A DNA stretch of 64,000 bases from Camelus ferus (taxonomy: Eukaryota), in assembly GCF_009834535.1 (NCBI RefSeq), contig NC_045696.1, forward strand, positions 102,426,001 to 102,490,000, read 5' to 3'. Position numbers and translations under genes: made by a program. The stretch's first letter is position 1, and each line of letters begins with the position of its first letter. Under the pieces are notes generated by a model. It saw only the letters and a program-made list of their open reading frames with translations. It made no database searches and was not told where the DNA came from. Below, one piece after another: positions 61,403 to 64,000 of this stretch.

Positions 61403-63100
61403 TTCTAGGAGATTCTAATGAAGGCCCTACATTCCTGAAACCTTTGTTTTTTTATAAAAAGTATTACCATATTCATCCAAACTAAGATGCCATCAATTAC
61501 AAGTTACATTCTTACTTTGTATAACCATAGGGAAAAAACTGTAATTATAAATGCCATAAATTGTCAAATGAATTCAAAATTCAGAGATTAAGTTGTGAAA
61601 AAAAAAAAGTCACCTTAGAACTTAGGAAACTTTAGAACTGATTGAAAAAGAATATATATATAACATATAATATTATGTATGTATACATTTAATTATTATA
61701 TATATGTTTCCCGTAAAAGCCCTGACATCAGGGAAAGCTGCAAGAAATCAATATCTTTGCTGTTATCACCCATTTCCTACAAGATTCTATCTCTCCCCTT
61801 TGACCCTCTCTGCTTAATTCCTGCCAATCATTGCTTTAATTATCATTAAGTGATGAGTGAGTACTCACTGATAAGCACTCATTGTATTATAGGAATCCTT
61901 GATGTGACACTTGTATTTTCAAAGAGGGCATCTACAATGAGACATTTATTGAGGCCCCATGTTATGCAGTGAGCTCGTGTAATCCTTCCAGCAACCCTGT
62001 GAGTTAAGCATTATTTTCATTTCTATAGGCAAAAAAAAAAAAAAAAAAAGCGGAATCAGAGAGGTTAAGTATATTACCCAAGGTCAAACAGTATCTAAAT
62101 GGCAAATTCAGCTTTAAAACCTAGCTAGATCTGTCTGATTTATGAGCCCAGGTATTTTCTCTGTAACAGAAGAAGGAGATGGAAACAGTGGGTGACAGGT
62201 AGCATCCCAGAAGGCAACCACTTACCCACGCCCCTTCCTAGTAAGACCACCTCATCCCTTGACAGAGACCTAAGGCTGGAACTGTCAGTGATCCTTCTAT
62301 CAGAAACGCCATCAGATGCTAGCTCTGGCCACTACATTTAGCCACCCATGGTGATTCAGCAGGTTTCCTCTGCAAGACTGCAAGAAGCACTGGAAACCAA
62401 AAATCCCCTTGAAAAAAAACTGCACCATCCTGGGCTCCAGGGACATGCCTCAGTGAGCAGATGCAAATGCCAACACAGAAAGAAAGGGCTGCATGTGCAT
62501 TTTTAGAGATGAGACTGCACAGTTGAGTGGTCGTGGTCCGTCTCTCAGGACACCATGGCTGCACAGCTGCCGTTCTCAGGAGCCCAGCAGCCAGGCCTGG
62601 GCAGACATGACTTGTTTTTCTTCTCCACCCTTGACAGCAGCCGTCCGAAGACCTCAGTCAGGTCTGAAGGGCTGCCCGGCAAGCCAGCCAGATGGAATTC
62701 CAACCCGGCTCAGAGAGCTGAAATGTAAGAAGGGGCTATTCTTCGGGATAACCAAGGTCAAGGCAGCACACGGCATTAGCAATGCTTCGAAACACACAGG
62801 CAAAGAGCCCTTCAACGAAGTCTCTCAGATGGAATCGTGGGTAGGTACCAGAACTGCTCTCCAGCACTATTTATCATTGACAAGCTGTGAATATGAGGGA
62901 GAAAGCAAACAAGAAAAGGGAATTTGGATGCCGTCATAGAGAAATAAGACAGTGCAAAAATGTGGTCCAGTCTGTCACTGACAAGGATTAGAAGTGGGCC
63001 AGCTCATGAGAGAGCTTGCTCTGTTACTTTGAGCTGGAAGTCAGGACATGTCCTATGCTAATCTTTCTTGGACACCACTACCATTAAAAAATACTTTACA

Positions 63101-63285
63101 ATAGATAAATAACAAGTTTCTACTGTATAGCACTGTATAGGGAACTATATTCAATATCTTATAGTAACCTATAATGAAAAAGAATATGAAAAGGATATGC
63201 ATGCATATGGATGACTGAAACATTATGCTGTACACCAGAAATTGACACAACACTGTGAACTGACAATACTTCAATTAAAAAAAAA
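63101..63285 (+). mobile_element. Young 5'-truncated L1 with TSD
   Basis: L1 3' UTR + poly(A); aaaaa(t/c)actt(t/c)acaa at about 63087 and 63281. Confidence 0.9.
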
Positions 63286-64000
63286 CACTTCACAAATGCC
63301 TGCCCCACAGGTCCCTACAAAAATCCATACTGAGTTGTTTTTGTCGTGATCCTTCAATTTCTAGGTATTTGGGATACTTTGGATGAGAACTGCTGCTCAA
63401 AGGCTTAACATGCCTCATCCCAAGCCAAGCCCTCGCATCTCCCAGTGAAGGACCTCGGCGTGGACACTAGGAGCCGTGTCTCCCATCTGCCCACTCTGAC
63501 AGCTGCACCACCCGGGGCAGGTGGCAGGGGACGGGGGACATACAGGCACTTGGCCATCTCCATCTGACACGCGTCAGTAGCCACGGCTGCCCAAGGGTCA
63601 GAACAGAGCCAGCGGGGGCCGTTCCACGGAGCCCCCTTCACACCAGCCACACTGCTCTCCTGGGCTCACTGGGGGAGGGGCAGCGCCGAGGAAAGAGCCA
63701 GTTCTGCGATCCCGAAGGTAAAGATTCAGACCAACGCATTGTAGAGTGGGTCCCACCCACTTAATTCTGATGGACAGAAATGGAAGGAAGGAACAGACTT
63801 CATTTTTGTGCGATCCTCAGACCAAACTCAAAGTTCCCACGTGCCCACTTAACTTTCCCTAATGGCGATCTGAGTTCTATTAACTTTAGTAATAAAGGTG
63901 ATAAGAGCCCTTCCAGTTTGCCAGGCCCGGTGTTAAGCAGTTCGCATATCTCATCTCATTTCATCTTTGTTGTACTCGTCACTATCTGAGATTATCTTGT

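Noticed and set aside
1..64000. CRISPR arrays, operons, rRNA, or intact transposase/RT/env ORFs
   Set aside because: None seen; this is eukaryotic intron and intergenic DNA with only decayed elements.

Overview
Mammalian genomic DNA, very probably camelid (four tRNA-Ala-derived vic-1-like SINEs plus many matching young L1 3' ends). The only supported protein-coding gene is the 3' end of SLC9A9 (endosomal Na+/H+ exchanger NHE9) on the + strand: penultimate exon 14726-14831, terminal coding exon 16159-16386, 3' UTR to an AATAAA at 17830. Bases 1-14725 are the end of a long intron whose acceptor is minor-spliceosome (U12) type (TTCCTTAAC 11 nt before CAG). An in-frame U2-type acceptor and a 39-nt cryptic exon just upstream could give a major-spliceosome bypass. 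Downstream is about 46 kb of repeat-rich intergenic DNA: a full-length RPL37 processed pseudogene with strong AT-to-GC substitution bias, an orphan CpG island near 29.3-29.9 kb, several short CpG-rich patches, HAL1/L1/L2/L3/MIR/MaLR/ERV/hAT/Tigger fossils, and two structurally unusual L1 insertions. I found no convincing wholly new biological system. The best leads are the U12/U2 acceptor architecture and the gBGC-like footprints. Gene and repeat names come from remembered consensus sequences, not searches, and repeat boundaries are approximate.
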